Positions 50,654-64,000 of a stretch of 64,000 bases of DNA are shown here, one piece after another. Where the stretch lies: assembly GCF_006345805.1 (NCBI RefSeq), contig NC_043007.1, positions 71,548,001-71,612,000 on the forward strand, written 5' to 3'. This DNA is from Octopus sinensis (Eukaryota). The translations under genes were made by a program, and so were the position numbers. Positions within the stretch are counted from its first letter, which is position 1. Each line of letters opens with the position of its first letter. Under the pieces are notes generated by a model that made no database searches, was not told the DNA's origin, and worked only from the letters and a program-made list of their open reading frames with translations.

Positions 50654-50892
50654 CTGTTCAATGTACTTATTTAGATTGCTTGTACATGTTCAAAGTTTTT
50701 ATTTTAATTGAGCATACCTGCTCAGGGTACTTACTTAGATCGAACTTTTCTATTCAGAGGACTTATTTAGATTCAATGTACCTATGCAGGGTTTTTATTT
50801 AAATTAAATATACCCACTCAAGGTACTTATTTATATTAAATGTACCTGTTCAGTGTACTTATTTAGATTGATCTTACCTGTTCAGGGTACTT
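50654..50892 (-). repeat. 32-bp tandem array made of a CPQ exon end plus splice donor, 8 units
   Basis: Unit AAGTACCCTGAACAG|GTAAGATCAATCTAAAT repeated with exact 32-nt period. Confidence 0.85.
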
Positions 50893-50981
50893 GTGACCTA
50901 CAACTTCAGCAACAATATTTCTGGAATCAGTAGAGTTAAGTGTTTGAGCAGACATCTTCAAGACTACAACAATTTTACTTC
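50878..50981 (-). CDS. CPQ: CPQ exon (GSKIVVVLKMSAQTLNSTDSRNIVAEVVGHKYPEQ)
   Basis: N.VAE..G.KYPEQ motif; cag/gtaaga; 104 nt. Confidence 0.94.
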
Positions 50982-51025
50982 CTGAAATAAGAAAAAATAC
51001 CCAGTGCAACAAAAATAAGATAATG

Positions 51026-51035
51026 AGTAATAATA

Positions 51036-51077
<42 letters not shown>

Positions 51078-51135
51078 GTGATGGTGGTGGTGGCGGTGGC
51101 GGTGGCGGTGGCGGCGGCGGCGGTGGTGGTGGTAT
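51026..51135. repeat. Compound (TAA)(GAT)(GGT)(GGC) microsatellite
   Basis: Direct inspection. Confidence 0.9.
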
Positions 51136-51139
51136 TAAT

Positions 51140-51565
51140 ACGTCAGCATTATAAAATCAAAGCTGATGACAAGTGATATAAGCATCACCGAAGGAAAAAA
51201 ATGCAACAGTTCTTTAGGATTTTCCTGTGCATGCAGATAGAACCATCTAAGCTAATAAACCGGATATTGTTGTAAAAGACTAAAACAACAAGGTCAGTAT
51301 ATAGACTAATATGAGTATCCCTTGTGATTATGATATTGTGGCAAAAGAATTTGACAAGCTTAGAAAATCCAAAGATTTGTCCATTGAAATTGAAAAAATG
51401 TAGTGTCTCAAGGTGATTAGAAAACCAGTGATTGTAGGAGTATGGGGAATTATCAAAAAAAGAACTGAAAATTATTTGAGAATGATCCTTGGTTTACCAT
51501 CCCAACTAGAAGTGCAAAAAATTGTTTTCACTGGTACATTACATGCACTGAGAAGAATAATGTTG
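51140..51565 (+). mobile_element. R4/Dong-like non-LTR fragment (restriction-like endonuclease domain)
   Basis: L*DFPVHADRTI*ANKPDIVVKD...KEFDKLRK.KDLSIEIEKM...PVIVGVWG...EVQKIV.TGT.H.LRR. Confidence 0.75.
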
Positions 51566-52229
51566 CTGGTGTGTATATTTTAATAGCCTATCAACATACA
51601 CAGTGAGGTTCTTTGCCCAAGATGTCAGGAAGATACTAGCAAGAAATGGAAAGAAAGATTACCAAATTAGATATTAGTTTGGAAAAAAATTGATGCAGAA
51701 TCCCAAAAAAGAAAAGAATATTGATGGTTAAACACCAAAAATTATCCAGATATTTTATAAGCAACCTCAATTACAATTGGGTTAAATTTAAAGAAAAATA
51801 TCTTGAAGAAAAAAGTACCTGTTTTTTGAGTGAGCCCCCGTGTTCCCACTTGGTGAGCTGGTATAGAGCCGATGTGTGCTTCTCTTCCTTAAGTTCCCTC
51901 CAATGCTCATTTACCTGTTCTCCTATGTTCCATGCTGTCTCCCTTATGTATGTCGGTGTCTTGTTTCTGCACTGTCCCTCTGTACATCTTATACTATAGA
52001 CTATATTCCTAGCTTTACAATGGTGGTGGTAGTAGTAGTAGTGTGGTTAATGATGGTAGCAGTAATGGTAGTAGTGGTAACAGTAGTGGTAGTGAGAAAG
52101 ATAACCCTAGAAGGACCAGCAACATGAATACCCACCCCCTTGACACTCAGTTCTTCAACACATGTGACAAATCTTACAACATGAGCTGTATATACCCAAC
52201 AACACAACCCTTTAACAAAAGGGTCTGCA

Positions 52230-52900
52230 TCCCAAGACATATTAGTGACCACATGGAAGCAGAATTCACTATAGCTAGGACAAAACTTAGACTTTAGAAC
52301 TATACACTAAGAGACAGAATAGGACAGAGGCCCAACAACTCAAGTATATACCCACGAGTGGCCTACATAAGCACATGCAGTGCACAAGGAATGGAGAGGT
52401 GGTATGCCTCCCCACAGATAAGTCTGGCAGAATGTCAACAGACAGCCTGGCGAATTACATCCAGGCAATGCAATCTCACATCACCAATATGAAAGTAACT
52501 TTACAGGCGCATGAGGAGAAAGAAAAGGTCCTCAACGCACACATAATGATGTGGACAATTGTTCTTGGATCTCATGGCCAATAACTTCCAGGCCTGGAAC
52601 AACGATATCCTGATGCTGTATGGACTTCGCAAGGACCACAAAATAACCACCAATCCAGTGGCGGGACCACCAACAAGACCAGTCTACGGAGTGAATATTG
52701 CTAGCAACTACAGGATCTCCTACTTCCTCTCAATGATCATACACCCCATAATCCAGATGTCACTAGATGTTTGTGATAGCATGGAAGATCTCCTCAGCAG
52801 GATCAACAACTGAACACAACACCTGCGACCTGACAGGATGTATAGTGGGTAGCATGGATGTGGTATCCCTATACAAATCCATCGACGTGGATTTTGTAGT
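52230..52900 (+). mobile_element. Penelope-like reverse transcriptase fragment (frameshifted)
   Basis: Motifs PTDKSG, LYGLRKDHK...PPTRPV and GSMDVVSLYKSID in the PLE RT order. Confidence 0.75.
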
Positions 52901-53112
52901 GGTGGAGGAGGAGGGGGAGGATAAAAAGCAGAAAAGAAAAGAAGTTTGGTGATGGACAAATTCACATATCCAAATGAACATGCAAAGTACAAATGTTAGA
53001 TGGAAGGAAATCTGGTGTCATCTAAAATAGAAATGACAAAAAAAGACTTGAAGGAGTTATAACACAAAATTTTAAAACAGATTAAAAATTATTTTGAAAT
53101 AGAGATACAAAC

Positions 53113-53197
53113 CTCGTTTAGACATACGCTCCATCATCTCAGCATCTTCAACAGTTATACATGCTGTAGGAATTTTACGGACACCTTCACTATAATA
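53113..53197 (-). CDS. CPQ: CPQ exon (YYSEGVRKIPTACITVEDAEMMERMSKR)
   Basis: KIPTACITVEDAEMM motif; tag/gtttgt; 85 nt. Confidence 0.95.
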
Positions 53198-53983
53198 CTA
53201 AATATTGCAAAATTATCAAGAATAGCAGAAAAGTTTTATTATAGCCATAAATTAATTTTACTTGTATTATCAGTTTTATTGTCATATTTGGGATGTAATT
53301 TTAGGAATATTCAAAGTATTTATATTAGGGATTGAATGATAATCCTTTCTGTTATAGGCACAAGGCCTGAAATTCCAGGGATAGGTGCCAGTCAATTACA
53401 TTGACCCCAGTGCTATCTGGTACTTGTTTCATTGACCCTGAAAGGACGAAAGGCAAAACTGACCTTGACAGAATTTGAACTCAGAACATAAAGATGGACA
53501 AAAAGCCACTAAGCATTTTTCCCAGTGTACTAACAATTCTGCAATCTCATCAAAATTATTATGGACAATTTTAATTTAAATATACACACTTTAAAATGGT
53601 CAGTCTTGTATTAAGCTGGTAATATCAAAGGATTAAAGAGAAATAATAGCACAAATCTATTGTATAGTAAGTAGCACAGGCAATATCACTAAGTAAATAA
53701 CGTAGATTTTAAAGAGAACTTATGATGAATATGATATTTATTCATTCATTTAACAACCATTTTCCATGCTAGTATAGGCTGAATGAAGACTTATTATTAA
53801 AACATTATTTCACAACCACATGCTCTTCCTGTCCCTAATCACTACCTGTTTTCCATGCAAGACATTTTTATTCCAGCTGTTTTGAAATTTCAGAACTAAG
53901 GGTCAATTTGTTGCTATGGAATTGTTAACATAATCTCTCCAATTTTGCCCAATTAATTTCAAGTATTGACATTACAGAATGTA

Positions 53984-55224
53984 CCAGGTTGATGCAAAAT
54001 GTTTTCCAGATTTTCACTGATGATTTTTGATAGCTTGTATCGCCATGTTACATGATTAATTTGATACAACTTGTTGCCCAGTCATTGATGAAATGTTTAT
54101 TCTTTATTTTCATACATAGCATATGAACATTAAGTGTTTATTCTTTATTCTACAGCTTTGATAATGAGCAATGAAAAAATTACAATTAGAGCTATTTTAT
54201 GCTACTTGTGGAAAAGTAGGAATGAGTGCAAGGGCAGTGGCAAAAGAAATTAACAGTGTGGAAGGCCTAGGAACTGTCAATGAACATATGACATAAAACT
54301 GGTTCAGGCATTTCAGGGAAGGTGACACCAGACTTGGAGACAAATTAAGGTCAGAGAGGCCTTGCTTGAAATGGTTGAACATCAGCCAAGCATAAGCACT
54401 CATGAATTGTTGGTAGAACTTGATTATTCACAAAACTCCATAAACTCAGCCTTGTGAACAGATGATGTCGAAATGCTCTTCATGAACTGGCCAATGACCA
54501 GGCTCAACAATGTGAGAATTTGCAAACAACTGCTGGCAAATTCTTGTGACACCCGTTTTTTGTGTTGAATTGTAACTGGGAATGAAGAATGGATTATTTT
54601 GATAATCTTAAAGAAATTAGTGGCTTCATTCCAGCATGGCTTCAGAACCTGTTGTCAAACAAGAGAGGTTTGAGTAGAAGGTCATGTTGTGTGTTTGATG
54701 GAATTTCGAGGAGATGTTGCACTCTGAGCTTGTCCCAAATGGTTACGCAGTGAATGCTAACGTTTAGGCTCAACAACTGCAGCAAGTACATGATGCTTTG
54801 AAAGGCTGCTACACACCATTGGACAATCAAAGATGCACACTCCTACAGCATGACAATGCCTCAGCACACACTGCCAACGTGACCAAGCACAAACTTGAGG
54901 AACTTGAGGGGCTGGAAGTGTTGCTTCATGCTACCTACAGACATTGCAACATCAGATTACCACCTTTTCCAAGCCATGGCTCATTTCTACACAGACTGGG
55001 GCTCAAGAATGTGGATGAGGTTGAAAACGGATGCAGTGAGTTTTTTGCTGCCAAACAAGGCAAATGACATAAGAGTGGAAACGAGCTTCTAGCACAATGA
55101 TGGTAACAGACAATAGAATAAGAAGGGATATATTATGATGAATAGACATTTTACGTATGTAATTCATTTGAACTGTTAATTAAGGCTTAAAATACTAAAA
55201 AAAAAACCTTTTAACTCAACCTGG
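53984..55224 (+). mobile_element. Near full-length decayed mariner element
   Basis: TA-CCAGGTTGA...TCAACCTGG-TA termini; WFRHFREGD, IVTGNEEW, HDNASAH, SDYHLF motifs. Confidence 0.88.
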
Positions 55225-55283
55225 TAAACATTCATAGATGCACAATGTAATGATAGATATTTATTTTTCTATATATGTATATA

Positions 55284-55334
<51 letters not shown>

Positions 55335-55568
55335 TATATACTATGTTTCTGATAAGCTTTTTTATCATTTCCTGTAAAGCAAACTTCACAACAGCACACC
55401 AATGCCTGCTCATATTCAAGGAAATAATGAAATTTCTATCTTCAACCCCCATGTTATAGAGTACAAATCATTTTAAATGCTTAACCTTATTAAATCATTT
55501 CTTATCAGCTGCTATTTAAGCATTTATGAGAGCATTTTATAACTACATTTAATCATTGTATTTCTTAC

Positions 55569-55733
55569 CTGATGTCCTGTGTGAGGACTATAGATTGAAA
55601 AAGGTGTAACACTTCTGATAAGACAGGCTAAAGCTCCAACTTTGGCTGCTTCACTTGCCCCTTGGGTCCGATATTGAACTGTTTCTCCATAACTTATCCA
55701 TTTTTGGTTGAAAACAACAATTTTACCTTCAGC
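55569..55733 (-). CDS. CPQ: CPQ exon (AEGKIVVFNQ...TVQYRTQGASEAAKVGALACLIRSVTPFSIYSPHTGHQ)
   Basis: Near-identical to the CPQ PA domain; cag/gtaaga; 165 nt. Confidence 0.97.
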
Positions 55734-57672
55734 CTGCAAAATATAAAGCAATTTGAAAAGGAAGTTTTTTCAAGATCCTGAAACTGAAGTAGTTGTATGA
55801 CAGATAAAAAAAAATTGAATAAATAAATTACAGAAATGAAAAATGCCATATAACACTAAACAAATTGTTTGTTTTTCCTTAAGTCAACAAACATTTCAAT
55901 GATATTTCTGCACAGTTTTTTTTTTTTCCATACATTTCAAAATCGCTATTGCTGCAATGTGACAACAGGATGCTGGTAAAATTAATCTATTTTTCAGTAT
56001 AAAAATCACATCTTAAGGGACATTAATTTAGAATGTAACTTCAGCCGTACAATCTTTGGTGGGCCAATTCCCAAGTGCAGTTATTTCAGACATATTTATA
56101 TTCTGTTATTGTCACAATAAACTTGTGTTAACTTATGATTTAATGCACAAGCACAATTCTTATTGATAAAGCATGAAAATATTTCTTTATTTAACAACAA
56201 TGTTGTGTGACCTGTCATATTAGATTGTAATAGCATATATTTATTAGGGTGTCTTTTCTGTTGTTGTTACTGTTGTTGCTGGTGTTCTTTTACTCTTTCA
56301 CTTGCTTCTGTCACTTGACTGCAGCTATGCTGGAGTTCATTGAACAATATTTTAGATAAAGCAATTCTATGGCCAAAATGTATCCGTTGTGACCATTCCA
56401 TCTTATTTTCATACAATATATGCAGGACTATACTATCTGGCATATCTTTCCCTTTTTAAGATAGTAAGATCTAATCTAAAGGAATTTGGCTGCTATTTCT
56501 GCAGGCTGAGCAGCCATATAGAAGCTTTTGTGAGTTTGTTGTTTTTAGCTGTACTCATCTCACCTTCAATATAGGATTCAGTAGATGAAACACTTGATGT
56601 TCAGCAATCACATTTGTTGTGTTTGATTCTCCTATCAGACTAATCTTCACATTTCCTCCTACCTACTATGTTTTATCATATGATACTCTGTTTCCACCAA
56701 GATTTTGCAGTGACTGCGACTGAATCAAGCAAAGTGATTTTCTCACTTCTTCAATAAGTTAAGGCAGTGAGCTTGGCAGAATCATTAGCACATTGGGAAA
56801 AATGCTTAGAAACATTTCAGCTATTCAGTCATTTGGCTGTGGCCATGCTGGAGCACTGCCTTTAGTCAAGCAAATCGACCCCAGGACTTATTCTTTGTAA
56901 GACTAGTACTTATTCTATCAGTCTCTTTTGCCGAACCGTAAGTTACGGGGATGTAAACACACCAGCATCAGTTGTCAAGTGATGTTGGAGGACAAACACA
57001 GACACACATACACACACACACATATACATATATACAACAGGCTTCTTTCAGTTTCCGTCTACCAAATCCACTCACAAGGCTTTGGTTGGCCCAATTATGA
57101 ACTGAATGTTACAAATATCTTAGTGCAAGTTATTCTGCAACTAAGTCAGTCAGAAGAGTAATTGCTCATAACCAAGTGTTACAATTATTGTTTAGCCCAG
57201 GGTCAACCCAGGAAATATTGTCAAAAGCATGCTAGACATGACCATCCTACCTTTTTAGGAATATGCAACACTACATTAACTAGAGAGCAAGGTGTGATTT
57301 GAGGGAGGTTTCTACCTGCTGTTTTTAGCAGGTAGAATGACCAAACAGAATACTCCTCAGTTGATTATCCCCAGATTAGCAGATAGACAAATAAATGCAC
57401 TCCAACCATGACTACCCTGTTTAATATTCATATACAGTCTATCTTGGGATATATTTTCTAATGTATTCTTCCTTTTTTTACAGTAGTACAATGTGATTTG
57501 AATGAAATTAGGCTATTATTTCTAGTAGACTGAGCAACCGTGTAGAGAACCTGAGAGAAGCAATTTCATTTCTCACAATGTCTCAATGTTTATGATTGGT
57601 TGGCTTGGAATTGTACCTTTCATTTGATTGGGTAGATTTACATTTGAATTTTAAGGAAGCTGAAGCATTTAC

Positions 57673-57840
57673 CATTTGTGCTTTCTTTCTTAATTCTTCA
57701 AAACTGTTGACAACAAGTACTTCTGCCTTGATGCCATTCTTAGGAGTAGCTATACTGCTACCCAACCCCAAAATGGCCATTTCGTGATATTGTGGTTCCA
57801 GCATAGTAGCAGATTCCTTGCCACGCACCCAACGTGGTAC
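57673..57840 (-). CDS. CPQ: CPQ exon ([16 protein letters not shown]...[34 protein letters not shown])
   Basis: Strong CPQ similarity at start of the PA domain; cag/gtaaat; 168 nt. Confidence 0.95.
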
Positions 57841-60839
57841 CTGGAATTTAAAAAAAGAAATAGAACAAATAAATAACGACAATAAATACAAAATAAAGGT
57901 TATAATTATAGAATTACACACACACACACACACATATATATATATCCAAATTTAGGGAATGGAGTATATAAAATCCAGGCTACATATGTTTCATAGCTAG
58001 CAGGACTCTGAGACTCATTGAGACATCAAAAAGGACAGCAGGATCAGATATTTTTACTCAAGCCAACCCATGTTCACAGAGCAGGGCATGTGTGCAATTA
58101 GTTCTATGACTGATCCTTCAGTGCTGATGCAATTACATGTGAACTTTGCTGTCTTAATTAATCAGGATCTGAATATTGAGAAGTAAAATATCAAAACTAT
58201 GAGATTGGATGTACATAACTTGTGACTTATTGGAAATAGCACTGAACCCTTATTTTGTTGTGGTACTGTTGTTCCATTTTTGTAGGATGGCACCCTTCCT
58301 AATTTTAATATCACTGAATATATTTCATTGATTAGTCCTAACTTAATGCTAGTGGTGTTTATTAACCCTTTAGCATCAGATTACTCTATAAAATGCAATG
58401 CTTATTTATTCACATTGCTTTAAATTAATTGTAAATCATCTTGTAAATGTGAGATACTGATGATGTTATTGTTTATTTTAAGGACGATATTTTAGAGTAG
58501 GTGTGAGAGGCCAGATCTGGTTTGGTTTGAATATAAAAGAGGAAGACTGATATGGCTGGTTTAAATACTAAAGGGTGAATCTATAACTTGGTCTGTTTCT
58601 GCAGTTGGCCTTGTGACCTTTTAATGTTATAAATGCTTCACATTTTTCAGCTAAACATGCAACTCTTTATCTATATCAGGGGTTATCAACAATTTTTTTT
58701 TTTTTACCTATGGATCTCTTTGATTACTGTTTTACTCTGACAGATCCCCATAGCCATTCAATGTATGAAAACTAACTTTATAGATACTTCTTTCAAAATT
58801 CCTATTTTATTTTGCATTCATTCACTTGTATAGGTTTGCAACAGAACTCTCTGAGGGAACATTTTTCAATGGATGGAGACATATTGAACTATGCAAAATG
58901 TGAGAGAAAGAAACCAAGTTATTTCTTGCAATAAATACATCTAAAGAAAAATTTCTCATGGACCCCTAAAATACTACTGTAGATCTCCAATTTACTATTT
59001 TGCTTGTTTCAACCCTCTGGAATTTTATATGGACCCCAGTTGAGAACCACTGATCATCATCATCATCATCATCATTTAACGTCCGTTCTCCATGCTAGCA
59101 TGGGTTGGACGGTTCGACCGGGGATCTGGGAAGTCAGAAGGCTGCACCAGGCTCCAGTCTTATCTGGCAGTGTTTCTACAGCTGGATGCCTTTCCTAATG
59201 CCAATCACTCCGTGAGTGTAGTAGGTGCTTTTTACGTGCCACCTGCACAGGTGCCAGGCGAGGCTGGCAACGGCCACGGTCGGATTGGTGCATTTTACGT
59301 GCCACCGGCACGGAGCTATATTAATATTTTTTATGGTAGCCTTAGTTTCTTCATTTATCAGGTTACATGTCTTATGGTTAGTTTACTGGTACAAGCTAAT
59401 GATGTTGTTGAGAAGCAGTTGGTTATATATATATCATTGCTAAATTCATGTAAGTTATTAGTCTTATCAAAGAATCTCAAGGAGGTTAACCTGAAAGGGT
59501 ACCAAATCCTTAACTCTAAGGGGAATAGTTCCAAAGGCTGATGTCATACTCTTTTCAGTGGCAGTAAGGGGAACCTCACTGTCAAATAGAAGTAACTTTT
59601 TCCTATGTCTTCATTTTTTTTATCATTTGTTTTGTCTATATTCTTTTCATTCTTTAACACAATCTTGTGCCATTTTTACATCGTTTTTCAAATCTTTCAA
59701 ACAACAAAGGAATCCATCAATAATGGTCAAACCAGAAGGAGACTCAGAGTTGGACTGTTCCACAGTCACAGAAAGGTAATGATACACTAGGTCCCCATTT
59801 CACTTTAGGTTAGACCTTATCCTTTGAGTAGTCAATTAAAGCATTTCCACTCTCTCCACATATACCCCAGGCTCTTTGGTTAAATGTTTTCAAAGTAACT
59901 CCTGTCAGAAAACTTCCATGAATTGTGCTAACACTGTTTTTTCAATCTTTCAGAAAATATAATTGGTGCAAGAGAAAATAATAAATACAAATAATATTTT
60001 AATTTTCACTCTAGCATAAAACTGTACTTTTAAATGAGTTAAGTATAACTGAATAAACAGATTACCCTGTATTACTAGTACTTGTTTCATCCTCTTTGCA
60101 GAAATAAAAAGCAATGTTGCTCCCAATGTGGATAGAATCCAGAAAACATAGAAATACAAACTAAATACTATGACATCTACTATAATAATAATCATGTGTT
60201 TTTCTCTGTCACAACATATGAATGAGAAAGGAAGGGGTGATAGATGAATAATGAAGAAAGGGATGATAGCAAACTGGTAGTGGGAGTGTTTCAACTCAGT
60301 GTGAGTATGTGTGTGTATGTAAAAGAGAGGTATGTGAATGTTTGTGTGTGTGTATGTATAATGGAAGTGGGATGGTGAAGAGTCAACACTGAAAAGAAAA
60401 ATCAAACAGTGTTTCAACTCTTTGTGAGTATATCTGTGTGCATGTACAAGGGAAATATGTGAATGTTTGTATGCGAACCAGCATTCTTTCAGTAACAAAC
60501 GATGATCGATGTCACATCTCAAAAGACAAACCACTAGATAACATTGACAGGTGTATTAATTTGATTTACCATCCATATTTATATATAAAATACTACAATT
60601 AACCATCATTTTTTACGGCACAGGGCCAGCTAGTATTTAATATGACACTCCAATATTTCTGTCACTCATCGCCTTCTCACACTCATTTTTACTAGTCAGG
60701 ACTTGAATTGAAAATTGCAGGAAATTTACCAAACTTCTTGGAAACATTGCTATATCATATACTGATGAATGGTGAAAATTGCTTCCTTGGATATAAAAAA
60801 GTAATTTTTTTCTTAATGAATCCTTTTCAATTACCTTAC

Positions 60840-60901
60840 CTTTACGTGTTCTCCATGGACATTTTCTAATCCTTCAGACATCATACTATGAAGAATGTAA
60901 T
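60840..60901 (-). CDS. CPQ: CPQ exon (DYILHSMMSEGLENVHGEHVK)
   Basis: GLE.VH.E.V motif; cag/gtaagg; 62 nt, phase 1-0. Confidence 0.9.
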
Positions 60902-61735
60902 CTGTAAAGAAATTAAATATGAAACTAATTAAATTCCACCAAATATCAATTTCATTGCATACATAAAAATGAAATCATTGATTTGGTTTTCGGTTTTTAA
61001 GACTGCTGTATTTCTTGATGCAACTCTGCTCAATAAAAATGTGTGTGTATGTACACACAAGTTTATATACACACACACACACATGTATGCGTATGTGTGT
61101 ATATGTATATATGTGTGTGTATATATCAGCAGCAGCAGCAGTTAGCATCTGCTTTCCATGATGGTATGGGTTAGATGGTTTGAGTGGAACTGGTAAACTT
61201 GAGAGCTGCACCAGGTTCCAGTCTTATTTGGTATGGTTTCTATAGCTGGATGCCCTTCCTAATGCAAACCACTCCAAGGGTGTAATGGGTGCTTTTATGT
61301 GTCAACAGCATGAGTGCCAGATACGTGACACCAGCATCAGCCATGATTACAATTTCACTTGGCTTGATGAGTCTTATACACACACACACACACACACACA
61401 CATTTATTTTCCAAAACAGCCGTCTGATGAGGTACATGACTTCATGAAGAAAATCTTTCACAGATAGACTGACAAGAACAGAAGAGATGAAATTGTCAGA
61501 AATTTTAACATTTCTGACTTCTACACTGGTACTGGGATGAGAACTGATTGAAACTGTATTGTATATGAGTTAATAGTGAATCCATTCTATGTTGGGATTT
61601 GACTTTCTAGAAATAACTGCCAATTCTCCTTCAAATTACACTTTACCTTCGGAAATAAAAACAAAAAAAGGACACTTTGGACAATTGCGTCCTTGATACA
61701 GTAACCAATGAAATGGTTATGATTGGAATGTTTTA

Positions 61736-62137
61736 GGCACAAGAGTGGCTGTATGGTAAGTAGCTTGCTTACCAACCACATGGTTCCGGGTTCAGTCCCA
61801 CTGCGTGGCACTTTGGGCAAGTGTCTTCTACTATAGCCTCGGGCCGACCAAAGCCTTGTGAGTAGATTTGGTAGACGGAAACTGAAAGAAGCCCGTTGTA
61901 TATATATATGTATGTATGTGTGTGTATATGTTTGTGTATCTGTGTTTGTCCCCCCAACATTGCTTGACAACCGATGCTGGTGTGTTTATATCCCCGTAAC
62001 TTAGCGGTTCGACAAAAGAGACCGATAGAATAAGTACTAGGCTTACAAAGAATAAGTCCTTGTGTCGATTTGTTCGACTAAAGGCGGTGCTCCAGCATGG
62101 CCACAGTCAAATGACTGAAACAAGTAAAAGAGTAAAA
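61736..62137 (+). mobile_element. tRNA-derived SINE family A (copies about 7686-7850, 10210-10575, 16806-16922, 31154-31414, 31444-31747, 35246-35612, 44750-45116, 56826-57092)
   Basis: A box TGGCTGTxTGG, B box GGTTCAGTCCC, internal (TA/TG)n, 3' ACTGAAACAAGTAAAAGAGTAAAAG. Confidence 0.85.
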
Positions 62138-62175
62138 GGGATTATGGATTTTCTCATTTCAGGTTGTCTTAATCA

Positions 62176-62207
<32 letters not shown>

Positions 62208-62336
62208 AGCTGAAGCAATCACAACAACAACAACTGTGGTCTTGGCTTGCCATAAGCTTTATCACTTGTTTTGTGGTACAAGTTATAATTTTACCTAATT
62301 ATTTGGCTTAGTCGGGCAACAAATAAAGGTACTTAC

Positions 62337-62468
62337 CAATTGAATTCTCAAGATTTTGAGACCCTGCTACTCTATTTCCAAACATATCAGTGAATTTAGC
62401 CAGTCGGTTGTAAGACTGATTTTGGGCAGCACCATAGACGGCATATTGAATAATTTTGTCAGCAACAT
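62337..62468 (-). CDS. CPQ: Carboxypeptidase Q exon (DVADKIIQYAVYGAAQNQSYNRLAKFTDMFGNRVAGSQNLENSI)
   Basis: Matches CPQ N-terminal region; tag/gtaagt boundaries; 132 nt, phase 1-1; upstream exon not found. Confidence 0.92.
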
Positions 62469-64000
62469 CTATAAGAACAGGAACAATAAAAATAAGTCAC
62501 ATAGGACCTAGCATAAAAAAACCCAAAAAACTATTCCTTATTTCTGGTTATAATAATTCTCCGCTTTTATACTTGTCTAAATGTTTAGAAATAATTTGAG
62601 AACTAGCATTATTTATTTGACAACTTATACCCTTGTGACAGTTACAATTATAATCAATACTATTTCAAGTAATATATTCAAAGGTACAATTATTATTAAA
62701 TCTATAATTTTTGGCCTACTTGGAATTAATATCATACTTGTTTAACATTATATTATAATAATTAATATTCTTTTAAATTTAGAATCATTGTTGGTAACTA
62801 TAATAGATGATAAATCAGGTGCAGCAGAATAAGAAAGTTTAACAGTGGCCATATTGAATATTTGGAAGTACTTATGTTGTGGTGGAAAATTGGCTTTAAG
62901 AATTTTAAAGAATAAGTGCAATTTTCATTTTGACAGTCTGTATGCATGCGTGTGTGTGTATGTGTGTGTGTGTGTGTGCGTGTATGTGTTTATGCATGCA
63001 TGCAAACAAACAAATTGAATCCAAACAAAATATATTATGGTTAAAATACCAAATATATATATTCTACTACAAAACTTAGATTAACTGCCATAGAGAAGAA
63101 ATATTTCTATACATTATATTCTTATAATATTCTTACATACAATAGACATACCTTTATATTTGCTAATTTCTTCATATATGTCAATAGGTGCTGTGACACA
63201 ACATTTCAAGGAAATAACAACGACTGTGTGAAAATAGAAAAGAATATTTTAATGAAACAATCATAAAATGAAATTATTGAGTGAAAAAATTATATTCAAC
63301 TATTGATCATAGAATAACGGCCTTGTATTTAGTTTGTACATTTAGACAGAATAAACCAAGCTGAAGAATATATCTTGTCTTAAGTCACAACACAACAGCT
63401 CTGTATGTACATTTTCAACTTATGATTACATGGCCACCATTTTAGTATCTTAATCTCATTGATACTGAGCTGATAACTGGGCAATTATTATACAGTCAAC
63501 ATAGTAACACTCCCAATAAAAATTATCTTTACAGAACAATCCGAAGTCTGAATATGTTTCTCACAGAGTTTAATCATTTTTTTCTTACATGTTTAGAAAG
63601 GACATTGACAAACTTTACAGAGTGTATATAAGTGACACATCAACATATAGAGGAAATGTTATAAACATTTTAAATAAGTTTTTCTCTACTGAATGAGCAT
63701 CAACGATATTGATGTAGAAATAACTCCAACACACCATAAATATCCAGTATTTATTACAGGTCATAAAATTTGTCAGTATAAGAAGATATATCTTAAACCT
63801 AACTGCAAAATGAACAGTATCAGCATATCTCATATGAAATTTTCTATTGATGCCTTACCATAAGCATGATTTTTACAATATTTAATATACCTACAACTTC
63901 ATAGTATCAAAGAGTATTTCCAATCTTATATTAACACTTTAGCATTCAGACTACTCTGCAAAATGCAATACTTATTTATTCACATTGTTTGGATTTAATC

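Noticed and set aside
60755-60790. CTGATGA..GAAA near a CPQ exon (also CTGATGA at about 1748, 4742, 45729, 61424)
   Set aside because: No stem I or stem II pairing and no suitably placed NUH; chance matches
63859-63890. Possible upstream CPQ exon (ag...G|gtaagg, phase compatible)
   Set aside because: Peptide (IKYCKNHAY) does not resemble the expected CPQ N-terminus and the acceptor is weak

Overview
AT-rich, microsatellite- and SINE-dense eukaryotic DNA; the repeat types suggest an octopod cephalopod (inference). Two intron-containing genes lie in tandem on the minus strand. One is a complete cornichon homolog 4 (CNIH4, 5 coding exons, about 146 aa) whose first intron has a U12-type GTATCCTT donor. 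The other is carboxypeptidase Q (CPQ, M28 family, 12 coding exons from 62468 to 30320), with its N-terminal exon probably outside the window. The rest is transposon debris: tRNA-derived SINEs, RTE and RLE-type LINE fragments, two mariners, a hAT-like remnant, TTAA-flanked MITEs and an intron-containing tRNA-Lys(UUU) pseudogene. The main hidden layer is about 10 unrelated families of fold-back insertions carrying type I hammerhead ribozyme (HHR) motifs, matching Penelope-like element (PLE) pseudo-LTR architecture. Three families have a compensatory U3-A8 core and one couples a tRNA-Ser-like Pol III module to the HHR. A 32-bp tandem array also multiplies a CPQ exon end and its splice donor. All folding and translation was done by eye; no database search was run.
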